Source: an uncultured Gammaproteobacteria bacterium
GTDB taxonomy: Bacteria > Pseudomonadota > Gammaproteobacteria > CAWJPQ01
DNA: 64,000 nt
Reading direction: 5' to 3'
Assembly (NCBI GenBank): GCA_963844825.1
Contig: CAWJPQ010000006.1
Location: forward strand, 136,512 to 200,511
The position numbers and the translations under genes are program-made. How positions within the stretch are numbered: position 1 is the stretch's first letter; each line of letters begins with the position of its first letter. The notes beneath the pieces were generated by a model. The model saw nothing but the letters and a program-made list of their open reading frames with translations, was not told the origin of the DNA and ran no database searches. Positions 39,304 to 50,320 of the stretch are shown here, in pieces.

Positions 39304-40096
39304 AAGAGGCAACGGCGGCGGCGGCCGCGTCCCACGCCTGGAGGAACGCGGTCAGGTGGGGTTTGTCTTCGCTGATCAGGGTTTCCCTGATGCGCTGACA
39401 CTCCTGCTGGTGGGCCTCTTCACGCAGGCGCCCGCGGATCAGCTCGTAGCGCAGGTAGATCAGGTAGGTATTGAGCACATCCGTCTCGCAGTAATTGCGG
39501 ATGTGCTCGATCTCGCCGTTCTGGTAGGCCTCCCAGACCTTGCCGCCGTCCATGCCCATCTTGCCCGGCAGGCCCAGCAGGGTCGCCAGCTCGTTCAGGG
39601 GTACCGAGGCCCGGGGCTGATAGGCGGCCAGGACATCCATCAGATCCGTGTGACGGGAGTGAAACCGGCTCAGGTAATTGTTCCAGCGAAACGAGGTATC
39701 GTCGTCGCCGGTCTCCCAGTACCGGGGGCAGGCCACCCCGTGATGCAGGGACCGGTAATGGAGCACCGGCAGGTCGAAGCCGCTGCCGTTCCAGGACACC
39801 AGCACGGGGGTGTACCGTTCGATGCCGTCGAAAAAGCGCCGGATCAGCTCCCGCTCACCGGCCTCCGGCCCGCCCAGGGACCACACCTTGAGGGTCTCGG
39901 CGCTGCGCAGCACCGCGGAGATCGCCACGATGCGGTGCATGTGCAGACGCAGGAAGTCCGAGTCCCCGGTCTCCTCCCGGCGCTTGTGGGACAGGACCCG
40001 GACCACGTCCTCGTCGGACAGCCCCTCGAGCTCATACAGCCGGCGCCCCGCCTCCACGTCGGGGATGGTTTCGATATCGAATACGAGTACGTTCAT
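39296..40096 (-). CDS. 3'-5' exonuclease related to the PolB exonuclease domain (DNA_pol_B_exo2-like)
   Basis: 266 aa. MNVLVFDIETIPD (ExoI DxE), VSWNGSGFDLPVL (ExoII), YCETDVLNTYLIYL (ExoIII YxxxD). Confidence 0.8.
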   Translation of the reverse strand: MNVLVFDIETIPDVEAGRRLYELEGLSDEDVVRVLSHKRREETGDSDFLRLHMHRIVAISAVLRSAETLKVWSLGGPEAGERELIRRFFDGIERYTPVLVSWNGSGFDLPVLHYRSLHHGVACPRYWETGDDDTSFRWNNYLSRFHSRHTDLMDVLAAYQPRASVPLNELATLLGLPGKMGMDGGKVWEAYQNGEIEHIRNYCETDVLNTYLIYLRYELIRGRLREEAHQQECQRIRETLISEDKPHLTAFLQAWDAAAAAVASSA

Positions 40097-40164
40097 GGTG
40101 GCGGCGGTCCCTTTTTATCGTTGCACGCAATGGGCGGGCGAGTTGATTGAACCAGTCTGTTGAT

Positions 40165-40476
40165 CCCCTCACCCTAACCCTCTCCCTGAGGGAGAGGGGA
40201 CCAAGGTCGTGGATTCTTCATCCCCTCTCCGTGAGAGAGGGGGCCAAGATCCTGGACTCTTCATCCCCTCTCCGAGGGAGAGGAGGCCAAGATCCTGGAC
40301 TCTTCATCCCCTCTCCCTGAGGGAGAGGAGGCCAAGATCCTGGACTCTTCATCCCCTCTCCGTGAGAGAGGGGGCCAAGATCGTGGGCTCTTCATCCCCT
40401 CTCCCTGAGGGAGAGGAGGCCAAGACCCTGGGCTCTTCATCCCCTCTCCCTCAGGGAGAGGGTTAGGGTGAGGGGA
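40165..40476. repeat. Tandem array of 7 REP-type hairpins with 43-45-bp periodicity
   Basis: Hairpin starts at 40165, 40222, 40265, 40308, 40353, 40396 and 40441. Unit is cccctctcc(N)tgag(N)gagagg(N)ggccaagatcctggactcttcat. The outermost units carry inverted tails cccctcaccctaaccc / gggttagggtgagggg. Confidence 0.92.
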
Positions 40477-40699
40477 TCATATAGAATCCCTGCAACCCTG
40501 CCCCCCGCGCCGGACTTTCCCGGCGCAGCATGTCTCTCATCAGTGGAAACTATCTTATCAAAAACGCCGAGCCCCTGAACGCGGCATCCGCGCAGGCGCA
40601 TAACCACAAAGCCATTCATAAAACAAGGGTGTCACCCGCCGTCCGTTTCTGCATAATGGACACCTCCGATACCACTTATTCCAGGAAAAGCCATCACTG

Positions 40700-43021
<2,322 letters not shown>

Positions 43022-43029
43022 GGAAAATA

Positions 43030-43150
43030 AAAATAGGGGACAGACCACGGTTTTTTGAACCAGCCGGGAAAAAATACGGCTGGTTCAAAAAACCGTAAAA
43101 ACCGTGGTCTGTCCCCTATTTTTAAAAACCGTGGTCTGTCCCCTATTTTT
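43030..43150. terminator. Bidirectional terminator-like structure built from the GGGGACAGACCACGG repeat family
   Basis: Forward copy at 43036-43050. Inverted copies at 43101-43116 and 43128-43143. Central hairpin gaaccagccg...cggctggttc. A/T runs lie on both sides. It fills the whole tex/cysM convergent spacer. Confidence 0.75.
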
Positions 43151-44041
43151 CTAGCTGCCGAACACCCCGGTGGACAGGTAGCGGTCGCCGCGGTCGCAGA
43201 CGATGGACACGATCACCGCGTTTTCCACCTCCTGTGACAGACGCAGGGCGGCGCTCAGGGCCCCGCCTGAGGAGATGCCGGCGAAGATGCCCTCCCGGGC
43301 CGCCATGGCGTGGGTGGTCTGCTCGGCCTCTTCCTGGCTGACGTCGATAATCCGGTCCACCCGCGCCGGCTCGTAGATCTTGGGCAGGTACGCCTCGGGC
43401 CAGCGGCGGATCCCCGGGATACTGGCCCCTTCCTGGGGCTGGACCCCCACGACCCGCACCGCGGGATTGACCTCCTTGAGGTAGCGGGACACCCCCATGA
43501 TGGTGCCGGTGGTGCCCATGGAGCTGACGAAGTGGGTGATGGTCCCCCGGGTGTCGCGCCAGATCTCGGGGCCGGTGCCCTCGTAATGGGCGCGCGGATT
43601 GTCCGGGTTGGCGAACTGGTTGAGCACCTTGCCCGCCCCGCTCGCCTCCATCTCCCGGGCCTTGTCGATGGTGGCCTCCATGCCGCCCTCGCTGGGGGTG
43701 AGGATCAGCTCGGCGCCGAAGGCCTTCATCACGGCCCGGCGCTCCATGCTCATGTGCTCGGGCATGATCAGCACCATGTGATAGCCCTTGATCGCCGCCG
43801 CCATGGCCAGGGCGATGCCCGTGTTGCCGCTGGTGGCCTCGATCAGCGTATCCCCGGGCTTGATCTCGCCGCGCTCCTCGGCGTGGCGGATCATGCTCAT
43901 GGCGGGCCGGTCCTTCACCGACCCCGCCGGATTATTCCCCTCCAGCTTCAGCAGCACCACGTTGGAGGTCTCACCAGGGAGGCGCTGCAGGCGCACCAAA
44001 GGCGTATTGCCGACGAACTGCTCGATGGTTGGATAATTCAT
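43151..44041 (-). CDS. cysM: Cysteine synthase B
   Basis: 296 aa. VGNTPLVRLQRL...LKLEGNNPAGSVKDRPAMSMI...IEATSGNTGIALAM, close to E. coli CysM. Confidence 0.93.
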   Translation of the reverse strand: MNYPTIEQFVGNTPLVRLQRLPGETSNVVLLKLEGNNPAGSVKDRPAMSMIRHAEERGEIKPGDTLIEATSGNTGIALAMAAAIKGYHMVLIMPEHMSMERRAVMKAFGAELILTPSEGGMEATIDKAREMEASGAGKVLNQFANPDNPRAHYEGTGPEIWRDTRGTITHFVSSMGTTGTIMGVSRYLKEVNPAVRVVGVQPQEGASIPGIRRWPEAYLPKIYEPARVDRIIDVSQEEAEQTTHAMAAREGIFAGISSGGALSAALRLSQEVENAVIVSIVCDRGDRYLSTGVFGS

Positions 44042-44068
44042 GGCGATGATTCTATCCGAAAACGCGCC

Positions 44069-44117
44069 AAAAGGGGTCAGTACCCTTTTGATAACAAAAA
44101 GGGTACTGACCCCTTTT
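44069..44117 (-). terminator. Intrinsic terminator (perfect 20-bp inverted repeat) between the 594-aa gene and cysM
   Basis: aaaaggggtcagtaccctttt-gataac-aaaagggtactgacccctttt. Confidence 0.8.
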
Positions 44118-44122
44118 CGTGT

Positions 44123-45907
44123 TTAAAAGCCCAGCCCCTTCAGCTTCTCCTTCAGCTTTTCCTTGCCCTTCTCCTCCTGGGATTTCACGGCCGACTGCAG
44201 CTGCGCCTTGAGCATATCGTTGAGCCGGCCGAGGCGAGTCTGCAGCGTGCCCTGGGTGTCCGTCAAGGCGGCCACCTGATCCTTGTACGGCCCCGCCGCC
44301 TGTTCCACCTGCCCATTGAGCCGCGCCCTCAGCTTCTGTTCCAGCTCGCTCTCCTTGCCCTTGAGCTTGGCCAATACCGCCCCCTTGATTTGCTCGTCGA
44401 GGTTGGAGCTCAAGGACAGGCTCGGGGACTGGAGCGTGCCCGCCGCCTTGCCCTGGACGGTGAACGTCTTGATCCCCGACAGGGCGTCGACGACCTGCGC
44501 CGCCGCCCCCTGGGTGGCGGTGCTGGACCATTGGGCCGCGGCAAAGCGGCTGTCGACCGCGGCGTCCAGGGCGCCGCCGCTGAGCTTGGCATTGCCCGTG
44601 ATGTCCACCTGTGCGGCGGCCAGGCTAAGCGGCAGGGCGTCAGCCTTTGACAAGGGCACGTCGGCGACCCGCCAGCCGGCGACGGACCACTTCACCAGGT
44701 CCGTGGCGGCCTTGGGATTCACGTGGTCGAAGGTCCCCGATACATGCACGGCCTTGGCACGGGGAAGGTCCCGGCCCGAGCCGTCGAGGCGCATGGGTCT
44801 GCCGAGGACCTGGGGCTGGGGCGTCACGTCGGTGAGCGTCACGGCGATCTTTCCCATGGGCAGCTCGGTACTCGCCCTGGCGTGGCGCACCAGGAAATCG
44901 GGCAGCGGGTGGGTGGTCGGGAAGCGCACGAAGTGTCCCTCCCCGCGCTTGGGGCGCAGCGGCTGCGGCGCCGCCTCGCCGGAGGGCAGCAGGCGCTCCA
45001 GGCGGCCGTACCAGGTCTGTATGGTATCGAACCACTGCTTGGCGTTGTCGCCGAACAGCAGCCTCGTGAGATTGGAAACGCCCGCGGCGCCAAGCCCGTA
45101 GCGCTGGCGGATTCTCGCCAGGTCCTCCCCCGGCGCATCCTTGAGGGCGGCGAATTGGCTCGACAGGGTCTGCTTGGCCTCCGCGATGCGCTCGCGCGCC
45201 GCTACCACCGCGTCCCTGTCATGCTGGATGTCGTCCTTGAGCTTTTGCAGCTGGGTCCGGCGCTGCTGCAGATCGCCCAGGGAGGAAATCTTGCCGCCGG
45301 TCAACTCGTTCACCCGCTGTTCATAGGCCTTGAGCTTCTTGTCGTCGGGCAGGGACTTGACCGCCTCCTCGACGCGGGCGCGCTGGGTCTTTTCGCTGTC
45401 CTTCAGATCATCGATGCGCGCGGTGGTGGTCAGCTTTTCGCGGGCCAGGATCTCATCGACCGTCGGGAGCTTGCCCTTGGCCGTCTGCAGGGCCCCCGAC
45501 AGGCGCTCCCCAACCGACGGCTTCGCCGCTTCCGGCGCCTTGCGGATCGCCCCCGAGGTCTTGCGCGGCGTATTGAAGCGCACCCCCTCGCCGGTCAGCT
45601 CGTCAATGATGACCTGGCCGAACAGCAGCTTCACCGGCTCCACGGTGCCGCTGGCCGAGGCGACCTCCACCAGGTTCTGCATGGGCTGTTCGGGGTTGGC
45701 GACCTGCAGCCCCCTGAGGTGAAAACCCATGGGAAAGAGGGTCAGGTCCGCGCTGTGCAGTTCCACCCGCGCACCCACCAGCTTGGTCCCCACGGTCTCG
45801 ATCGAGGCCTTGAGCAGCCAGCCCGACACCAACCACCACACACCCGCGACGATGAGCACCAGGGCCAGGAACCCCAACACCCCCGCGGGCCGGATCCAGC
45901 GCATCAT
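44123..45907 (-). CDS. Uncharacterised membrane-anchored coiled-coil protein (resembles the TIGR03545 family)
   Basis: 594 aa. N-terminal TM (VLGFLALVLIVAGVWWLV) and a long coiled-coil middle. The 4-nt overlap with the upstream small membrane protein suggests translational coupling. The family assignment is from memory, not searched. Confidence 0.5.
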   Translation of the reverse strand: MMRWIRPAGVLGFLALVLIVAGVWWLVSGWLLKASIETVGTKLVGARVELHSADLTLFPMGFHLRGLQVANPEQPMQNLVEVASASGTVEPVKLLFGQVIIDELTGEGVRFNTPRKTSGAIRKAPEAAKPSVGERLSGALQTAKGKLPTVDEILAREKLTTTARIDDLKDSEKTQRARVEEAVKSLPDDKKLKAYEQRVNELTGGKISSLGDLQQRRTQLQKLKDDIQHDRDAVVAARERIAEAKQTLSSQFAALKDAPGEDLARIRQRYGLGAAGVSNLTRLLFGDNAKQWFDTIQTWYGRLERLLPSGEAAPQPLRPKRGEGHFVRFPTTHPLPDFLVRHARASTELPMGKIAVTLTDVTPQPQVLGRPMRLDGSGRDLPRAKAVHVSGTFDHVNPKAATDLVKWSVAGWRVADVPLSKADALPLSLAAAQVDITGNAKLSGGALDAAVDSRFAAAQWSSTATQGAAAQVVDALSGIKTFTVQGKAAGTLQSPSLSLSSNLDEQIKGAVLAKLKGKESELEQKLRARLNGQVEQAAGPYKDQVAALTDTQGTLQTRLGRLNDMLKAQLQSAVKSQEEKGKEKLKEKLKGLGF

Positions 45908-46422
45908 GACGGACCACCCAACGAGAGGCTGGAATACAGGTGGTAGAAGCGGCTCGCCTTGACGATCTGCATCACCCGGGACTTTTGCACCCAGGCCAAC
46001 ACGTGACCCCGGTACTGCACCACCAGGTACCGGCTGAGGAAAAAGACCGGCGCCGCCAGCACCACGGCGCTCACCAGGCTGCCCAGGGTCAGGGTGTTAT
46101 TGAAATGGGCCAGACGCCACAAGTCGCTGTTGTACATCCAGGTCCACAGGCCCCGGAGGGGCCCGGCGGCCAGCAGGGATGCGCCGAGACGGTCCATCAA
46201 CGGATCGAACAAGTAGGCCACGCCGGAGAACAACATCCAGAACAGGAAAAAGGCCGACAGATTGACGCGGAAGATGAACACGAGCAGGACCACCAGGATA
46301 TTGTGCAGGCTCCACAGGGGCGTGAGGCCGACGATCATGCCCGCGGTGATCCCCCACGCCAGCTGTGCCGGGTGCGATTCTGAATTGAGTGCCTTGAGCA
46401 ACCTGACGAGAATCTTGAGCAT
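45904..46422 (-). CDS. Small polytopic membrane protein, DUF2062/TIGR03546-like
   Basis: 172 aa with about 4 hydrophobic segments. N-terminus LKALNSESHPAQLAWGITAGMIVGLTPLW is typical of DUF2062-type proteins. Confidence 0.5.
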   Translation of the reverse strand: MLKILVRLLKALNSESHPAQLAWGITAGMIVGLTPLWSLHNILVVLLVFIFRVNLSAFFLFWMLFSGVAYLFDPLMDRLGASLLAAGPLRGLWTWMYNSDLWRLAHFNNTLTLGSLVSAVVLAAPVFFLSRYLVVQYRGHVLAWVQKSRVMQIVKASRFYHLYSSLSLGGPS

Positions 46423-46735
46423 GGTGTCCTCGTGCCGGCGTGGCGATGGAAAAGACGGCGCAGCGGGTGGCGGTCGGATCGAAAAGCGCTACTATCCGAA
46501 TGCTATTGTGTTTCCGCACCCGATGCAAACACAACCCCGCAAAGGGGGGTGGGCGTCCGGCTACGGCCCCTGAAACACACCCTCTACCCATAGTTGTGTC
46601 TTGGCCCGATTTTTTGGCTAAAATGACATCACTTACGGCACCAGCGCCTTACGGGCCTGTCACCCTGCCCCGCTCACCCCCCCCGGACCGCCATGCGCTG
46701 CCCGCCGGGGAAACGACAACAATTAGGGACCAAGC

Positions 46736-47788
46736 ATGAAATTCAACCCGGTTAAATGGGCGTTTGTCGGCTGTTTGTCATTCATCCTCGGCGCGTGCGG
46801 CGGCGCAAGCGGCGGCACGGGCTCGCCCGCCCCGTCCACCACCAGCACCGCCGTGACGTATACCTCCACCGCCACGGCCGGCGAGCTCCTCGATTACACC
46901 ATCGACACCAGCAAGCTGACCTATTCCTACACCATCACGAACAGCCAATTCGGGTTGGACGGCCAAGGCGGCTCTGGGACACTCGTTGACAACGGCGACG
47001 GCACCTACTCCCCGACGGGTATGCCCAAGGCAAAGATATTCCCGGTACAAAACGGCATGCTGGTGGGTGAGGTCAAGCTCACCATCAACGGCACCGACCG
47101 GGTGATCCCCCTGATCGGGTTCAAGAATCTCGTCACCGCCCTGGCGGATATCCAAGGCACCTACAACTACGTGGAGCGTGTCTGCACGAGCGCCGCGGCG
47201 AGCCGCCAGTGCGGCTCCAATTACGGCACCTTCCACATCAATGCCGACGGCACCTGGACAAGCTGTTCCAAGGCGGATTACGACATCTCGAGCACCTGCA
47301 GCCAGCACCCACGCTCGTCCGGTACGCTCAACTCACTGGGCGGCGGGAAGTGGCAGGTCATGTCGGCCAGTTTCGAGATCGGCACGGGCATGGTGTTCAA
47401 GGCGCCCAACGGGCAGAAGGTATGGGTCATCGATCTGAGCCGGGCGACCGCCCAGGGCGGCGCCGGCATCGGCATCCTGGCGGGCTCCTCCAAGAACGCC
47501 GTGAGCTCGAGCGACACCAACGGGACATGGATCGTCGGCGGCACCACCGGCGCCGTTCAGTACGACGGCACGCTCAACGTCAGCGGCGACAGCTATACCG
47601 CGGCCGGCGTCCTGCTGTCGGGCACCGGCAGCATCCCCGTCAGCGGCTCCGCCACCCTCAGCCACAACGCCCCCTGGAACGGGTTCGTCGAGACATTGGG
47701 GGGCGGCTTCGCCCTGCTCGCCGGCACCGGCATGTACGCGGGCGTCGATCCATCCCTCGGCAGCATCGAGGTGGGGCTGCGCAAGTAA
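46736..47788 (+). CDS. Hypothetical lipoprotein
   Basis: 350 aa with lipobox SFILGAC. The mature part is Thr/Ser/Gly-rich and beta-rich. No family recognised. Confidence 0.7.
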   Translation: MKFNPVKWAFVGCLSFILGACGGASGGTGSPAPSTTSTAVTYTSTATAGELLDYTIDTSKLTYSYTITNSQFGLDGQGGSGTLVDNGDGTYSPTGMPKAKIFPVQNGMLVGEVKLTINGTDRVIPLIGFKNLVTALADIQGTYNYVERVCTSAAASRQCGSNYGTFHINADGTWTSCSKADYDISSTCSQHPRSSGTLNSLGGGKWQVMSASFEIGTGMVFKAPNGQKVWVIDLSRATAQGGAGIGILAGSSKNAVSSSDTNGTWIVGGTTGAVQYDGTLNVSGDSYTAAGVLLSGTGSIPVSGSATLSHNAPWNGFVETLGGGFALLAGTGMYAGVDPSLGSIEVGLRK

Positions 47789-47807
47789 CCGTCGGCCGCC
47801 CAACCGG

Positions 47808-48620
47808 TCAAAAATGGTAGGACACGCCGGTGACCAGGGTGCTGGCGGTGTCGGCGTCGATCAGCGGGCTGTTCCTCAGCCGCGCCGGCAGAAAGCTGGT
47901 ATTGAAAAAGGCGAACACACTCCATCGGGTGTGGGCGATCGGCGCGAAGACACTGATGCCGATCTGGGGGAGAACCGCCGCCCCGGGCCGGTAGTCAGGG
48001 GCCCCGCGGGCCACCTCCGCGGCAAGCGTACCGTAGTAATAATCCGTGAAGTTGGCGCTCAGCCAGCGCGCACCCAGCCACGGCGAGATGCGGGTGCGCC
48101 CAAGGCGAAACGGGTATTCATAACGGAAATCGAGTTCCTGGCCGTTGCTGCGGCCAAGGATATCGGTGAGCGCCGTGAGACCGAGCGCGCCGCCGCCTCC
48201 GAGGCCCACGCGCGCGTTGAAGCCGGCATCGACACTGTCCCGCCGGCCTTCCAGTCCCGGCACACCCTTAACATCGGAGGCGTCGAATGAGGAGAACCGC
48301 GGCTGCACGAGCACGTCGAAGGTGAAGCGCCGGCTGCGGGTCACATGCACGCCAAAGCGTATCCCCTGCAGGAACACGTATTTGCCCTCATAGCCCACGG
48401 CCGGCACGACCAGCACCCGGCTGCCCTTGCCGCGATAAGGCCGGTCGACCAGCAGGAGCAGTGCCCCCAGGCTCCAGCCCTGTTGGCTTACATAAGATGG
48501 CGCCACCTGCTCGGCCGCCGGATAGGCCGCCACCGGGAACATTAACAGGATGGCCAGCGTCCAGGCACCGAACACACCACTTGTCCTGGAGAGGATTCCG
48601 GCCCTTTGAGAATTACCCAT
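47808..48620 (-). CDS. MipA/OmpV-family outer-membrane protein
   Basis: 270 aa with a signal peptide. MipA-like motifs (PYRGKGSRVLVVPAVGYEGKYVFLQG) and a terminal aromatic residue (...GVSYHF). Confidence 0.8.
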   Translation of the reverse strand: MGNSQRAGILSRTSGVFGAWTLAILLMFPVAAYPAAEQVAPSYVSQQGWSLGALLLLVDRPYRGKGSRVLVVPAVGYEGKYVFLQGIRFGVHVTRSRRFTFDVLVQPRFSSFDASDVKGVPGLEGRRDSVDAGFNARVGLGGGGALGLTALTDILGRSNGQELDFRYEYPFRLGRTRISPWLGARWLSANFTDYYYGTLAAEVARGAPDYRPGAAVLPQIGISVFAPIAHTRWSVFAFFNTSFLPARLRNSPLIDADTASTLVTGVSYHF

Positions 48621-48681
48621 GAAGATGCAGCTTCCTTTGCTCCCTCCCTTCGCCGGGAAGATGCGCTTCTGTTAACAGACC

Positions 48682-49584
48682 CTAAGTCATCAACTCCGTC
48701 ACCACCTCGCTCAACGCCTCCCGCCATGGCCGCGGATGGATGCCCAACGCCGCTTCAATGCGCCCGCAGTCCAGTACCGAATTGACCGGTCGCCGGGCGG
48801 CGGTAGGATACTCCGCCGTGGAGAGGGGCGTCACCGTGATCTTGCGGTCCCAGTGGGCCGCCGCGAGCACGAACACCGCCTCGGCCAGCCCATGCCAGGT
48901 GGTGGCGCCGGCACCGGCGTAGTGATACGTCCCCCATGGAAAATCATCCCCGCCCTCGAGGATGCGGTTCACCAGGGTGATAACCGTCCCTGCGATGTCC
49001 CCGGCCGATGTGGGACAGCCGTGCTGATCGGCGACCACCCGCAGTTCCTCGCGCTCGCGCCCCACCCGCAGCATGGTCTTGACGAAGTTGGTGCCATGCA
49101 CGCCGTACACCCACGAGGCGCGCACAATGAGATGGCGCCGCAGACGCTCGCGCACCTCCCGCTCACCGGCCTCCTTGCTCTTGCCGTAGACGTTGATGGG
49201 ACACACCGGGTCGTCTTCGGTATAAGGCCCCATCTTGCTGCCGTCGAAGACATAATCGGTGGACAAATGAATCAACGGCACCCCGGCCACCGCACAGGCC
49301 TGAGCCAGGTTGATCGCCCCGTCCCGATTGACCGCAAAGGCCGACTCCGCCTCCTCCTCGGCCTTGTCCACCGCCGTGTAGGCGGCGGCATTCACCACCA
49401 CCGCAGGCCGCGTATCGATAATCTCCTCGTGAATCACATGCGCCCGCGTAATATCCAGATCCTCGTGGGTACCGCCCAGCAGCGGCAGCCGGCACCCGCC
49501 CCCGCGGCGCATGAGCTCCCGGCCCACCTGGCCGTTGGCACCGGTGATCAGGATGTGGGAATTGGGCGGAAAGTGGTTGGACAT
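48682..49584 (-). CDS. rfbD: dTDP-4-dehydrorhamnose reductase
   Basis: 300 aa with the GANGQVG Rossmann motif and an RmlD-type pattern (STDYVFDG, YGKSK). Confidence 0.92.
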   Translation of the reverse strand: MSNHFPPNSHILITGANGQVGRELMRRGGGCRLPLLGGTHEDLDITRAHVIHEEIIDTRPAVVVNAAAYTAVDKAEEEAESAFAVNRDGAINLAQACAVAGVPLIHLSTDYVFDGSKMGPYTEDDPVCPINVYGKSKEAGEREVRERLRRHLIVRASWVYGVHGTNFVKTMLRVGREREELRVVADQHGCPTSAGDIAGTVITLVNRILEGGDDFPWGTYHYAGAGATTWHGLAEAVFVLAAAHWDRKITVTPLSTAEYPTAARRPVNSVLDCGRIEAALGIHPRPWREALSEVVTELMT

Positions 49585-49595
49585 AAGAATGTATC

Positions 49596-49866
49596 CTGCG
49601 ATTTCACTCCCTTTCTCAGGGAGAAGGCATTCCTCACCCCCTCTCCCTCAGGGAGAGAGGGTGATGGGAGCAATAACACTAAATTACAAAATATCCTATT
49701 GATCCCCTCATCCTAACCTTCTCCCTGAGGGAGAAGGTATTCTTTGATCCCTCCCCCTCAGGAAATTACGCCCTTTAGGGTAGGAGGCCGGGGTGAGGCA
49801 GTAATTACACCCATCGCTGCCCCCTCACCCTTTTCATCCTAGCTTTTTTCCTCCGGGAGAAGGAAC
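49596..49866. repeat. REP/BIME-like repeat cluster
   Basis: ccctttctcagggagaagg, ccccctctccctcagggagagaggg, cccctcatcctaaccttctccctgagggagaagg, ccccctcacccttttcatcctagc...ctccgggagaagg. Confidence 0.85.
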
Positions 49867-49883
49867 TCTTTGCCCGCCATGAC

Positions 49884-50219
49884 TCAGGGATGCGACCTTT
49901 TCAACACCCTATGGATCTCCTGCAGCGTGCCATCAATGTCTCCGAGTACCTGGTTGTTCCAGAACCTTAGCACGCTATAACCAACCGCACCCAAGTAGTC
50001 TGAGCGCTGCGCGTCCTGTCTTCGCTGATCCATATGCTGCCCGCCATCCACTTCAATGACCAGCTTCGCCTCGATGCATACAAAATCAACGATGTATGGT
50101 CCGATGACTTCCTGTCGGCGAAATTTAAAACCACACAGTTGCCGATCGCGCAGGCACCGCCATAACCTGTGCTCCGCATCGGTGCAATTCTTTCGCAGTT
50201 CCTTTGCGAATGCTTTCAT
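49884..50219 (-). CDS. DUF559 (Vsr-like) endonuclease-domain protein
   Basis: 111 aa from the internal Met (MKAFAKELRKNCTDAEHRLWRCLRDRQLCGFKFRRQEVIGPYIVDFVC...VIEVDGGQH...LRFWNNQV). The longer ORF (to 50393) runs into a REP unit and is rejected. Confidence 0.85.
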   Translation of the reverse strand: MKAFAKELRKNCTDAEHRLWRCLRDRQLCGFKFRRQEVIGPYIVDFVCIEAKLVIEVDGGQHMDQRRQDAQRSDYLGAVGYSVLRFWNNQVLGDIDGTLQEIHRVLKRSHP

Positions 50220-50259
50220 GCTGGATGTCTCCCTCGGAGGAGCCCTCCTCGCCACCTGT

Positions 50260-50320
50260 CCCCCTAGCGAAGAGGGATTCTTCACCCCCTCTCCCTCAGG
50301 GAGAGGGCTGGGGTGAGGGG
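50260..50320. repeat. REP unit pair upstream of the DUF559 gene
   Basis: cccctagcgaagagggattcttcaccccctctccctcagggagagggctggggtgagggg. Confidence 0.8.

Noticed and set aside
40209-40466. 85-aa repetitive ORF (SSPLRERG.../SSPLPEGEE...). Similar PSPxGEG/RGEG-type ORFs lie in REP regions, for example 11382..11797, 33113..33612, 53080..53457, 56511..56732 and 60204..60410.
   Set aside because: They are translations of palindromic REP DNA. They occur on both strands of the same repeats, have no start context and their sequence is dictated by the hairpin consensus.
40165-40476. Possible CRISPR array (regularly spaced palindromic repeats)
   Set aside because: The 23-nt spacers are themselves conserved between units. 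The period (43-45 bp) is too short for repeat plus spacer. The repeat belongs to the genome-wide REP family. No cas genes are nearby.
48797-48807. ops/JUMPstart-like GGCGGTAG motif (also at about 23053)
   Set aside because: Both copies lie inside coding regions and on the strand opposite to polysaccharide-cluster transcription. In GC-rich DNA they are most simply chance matches.
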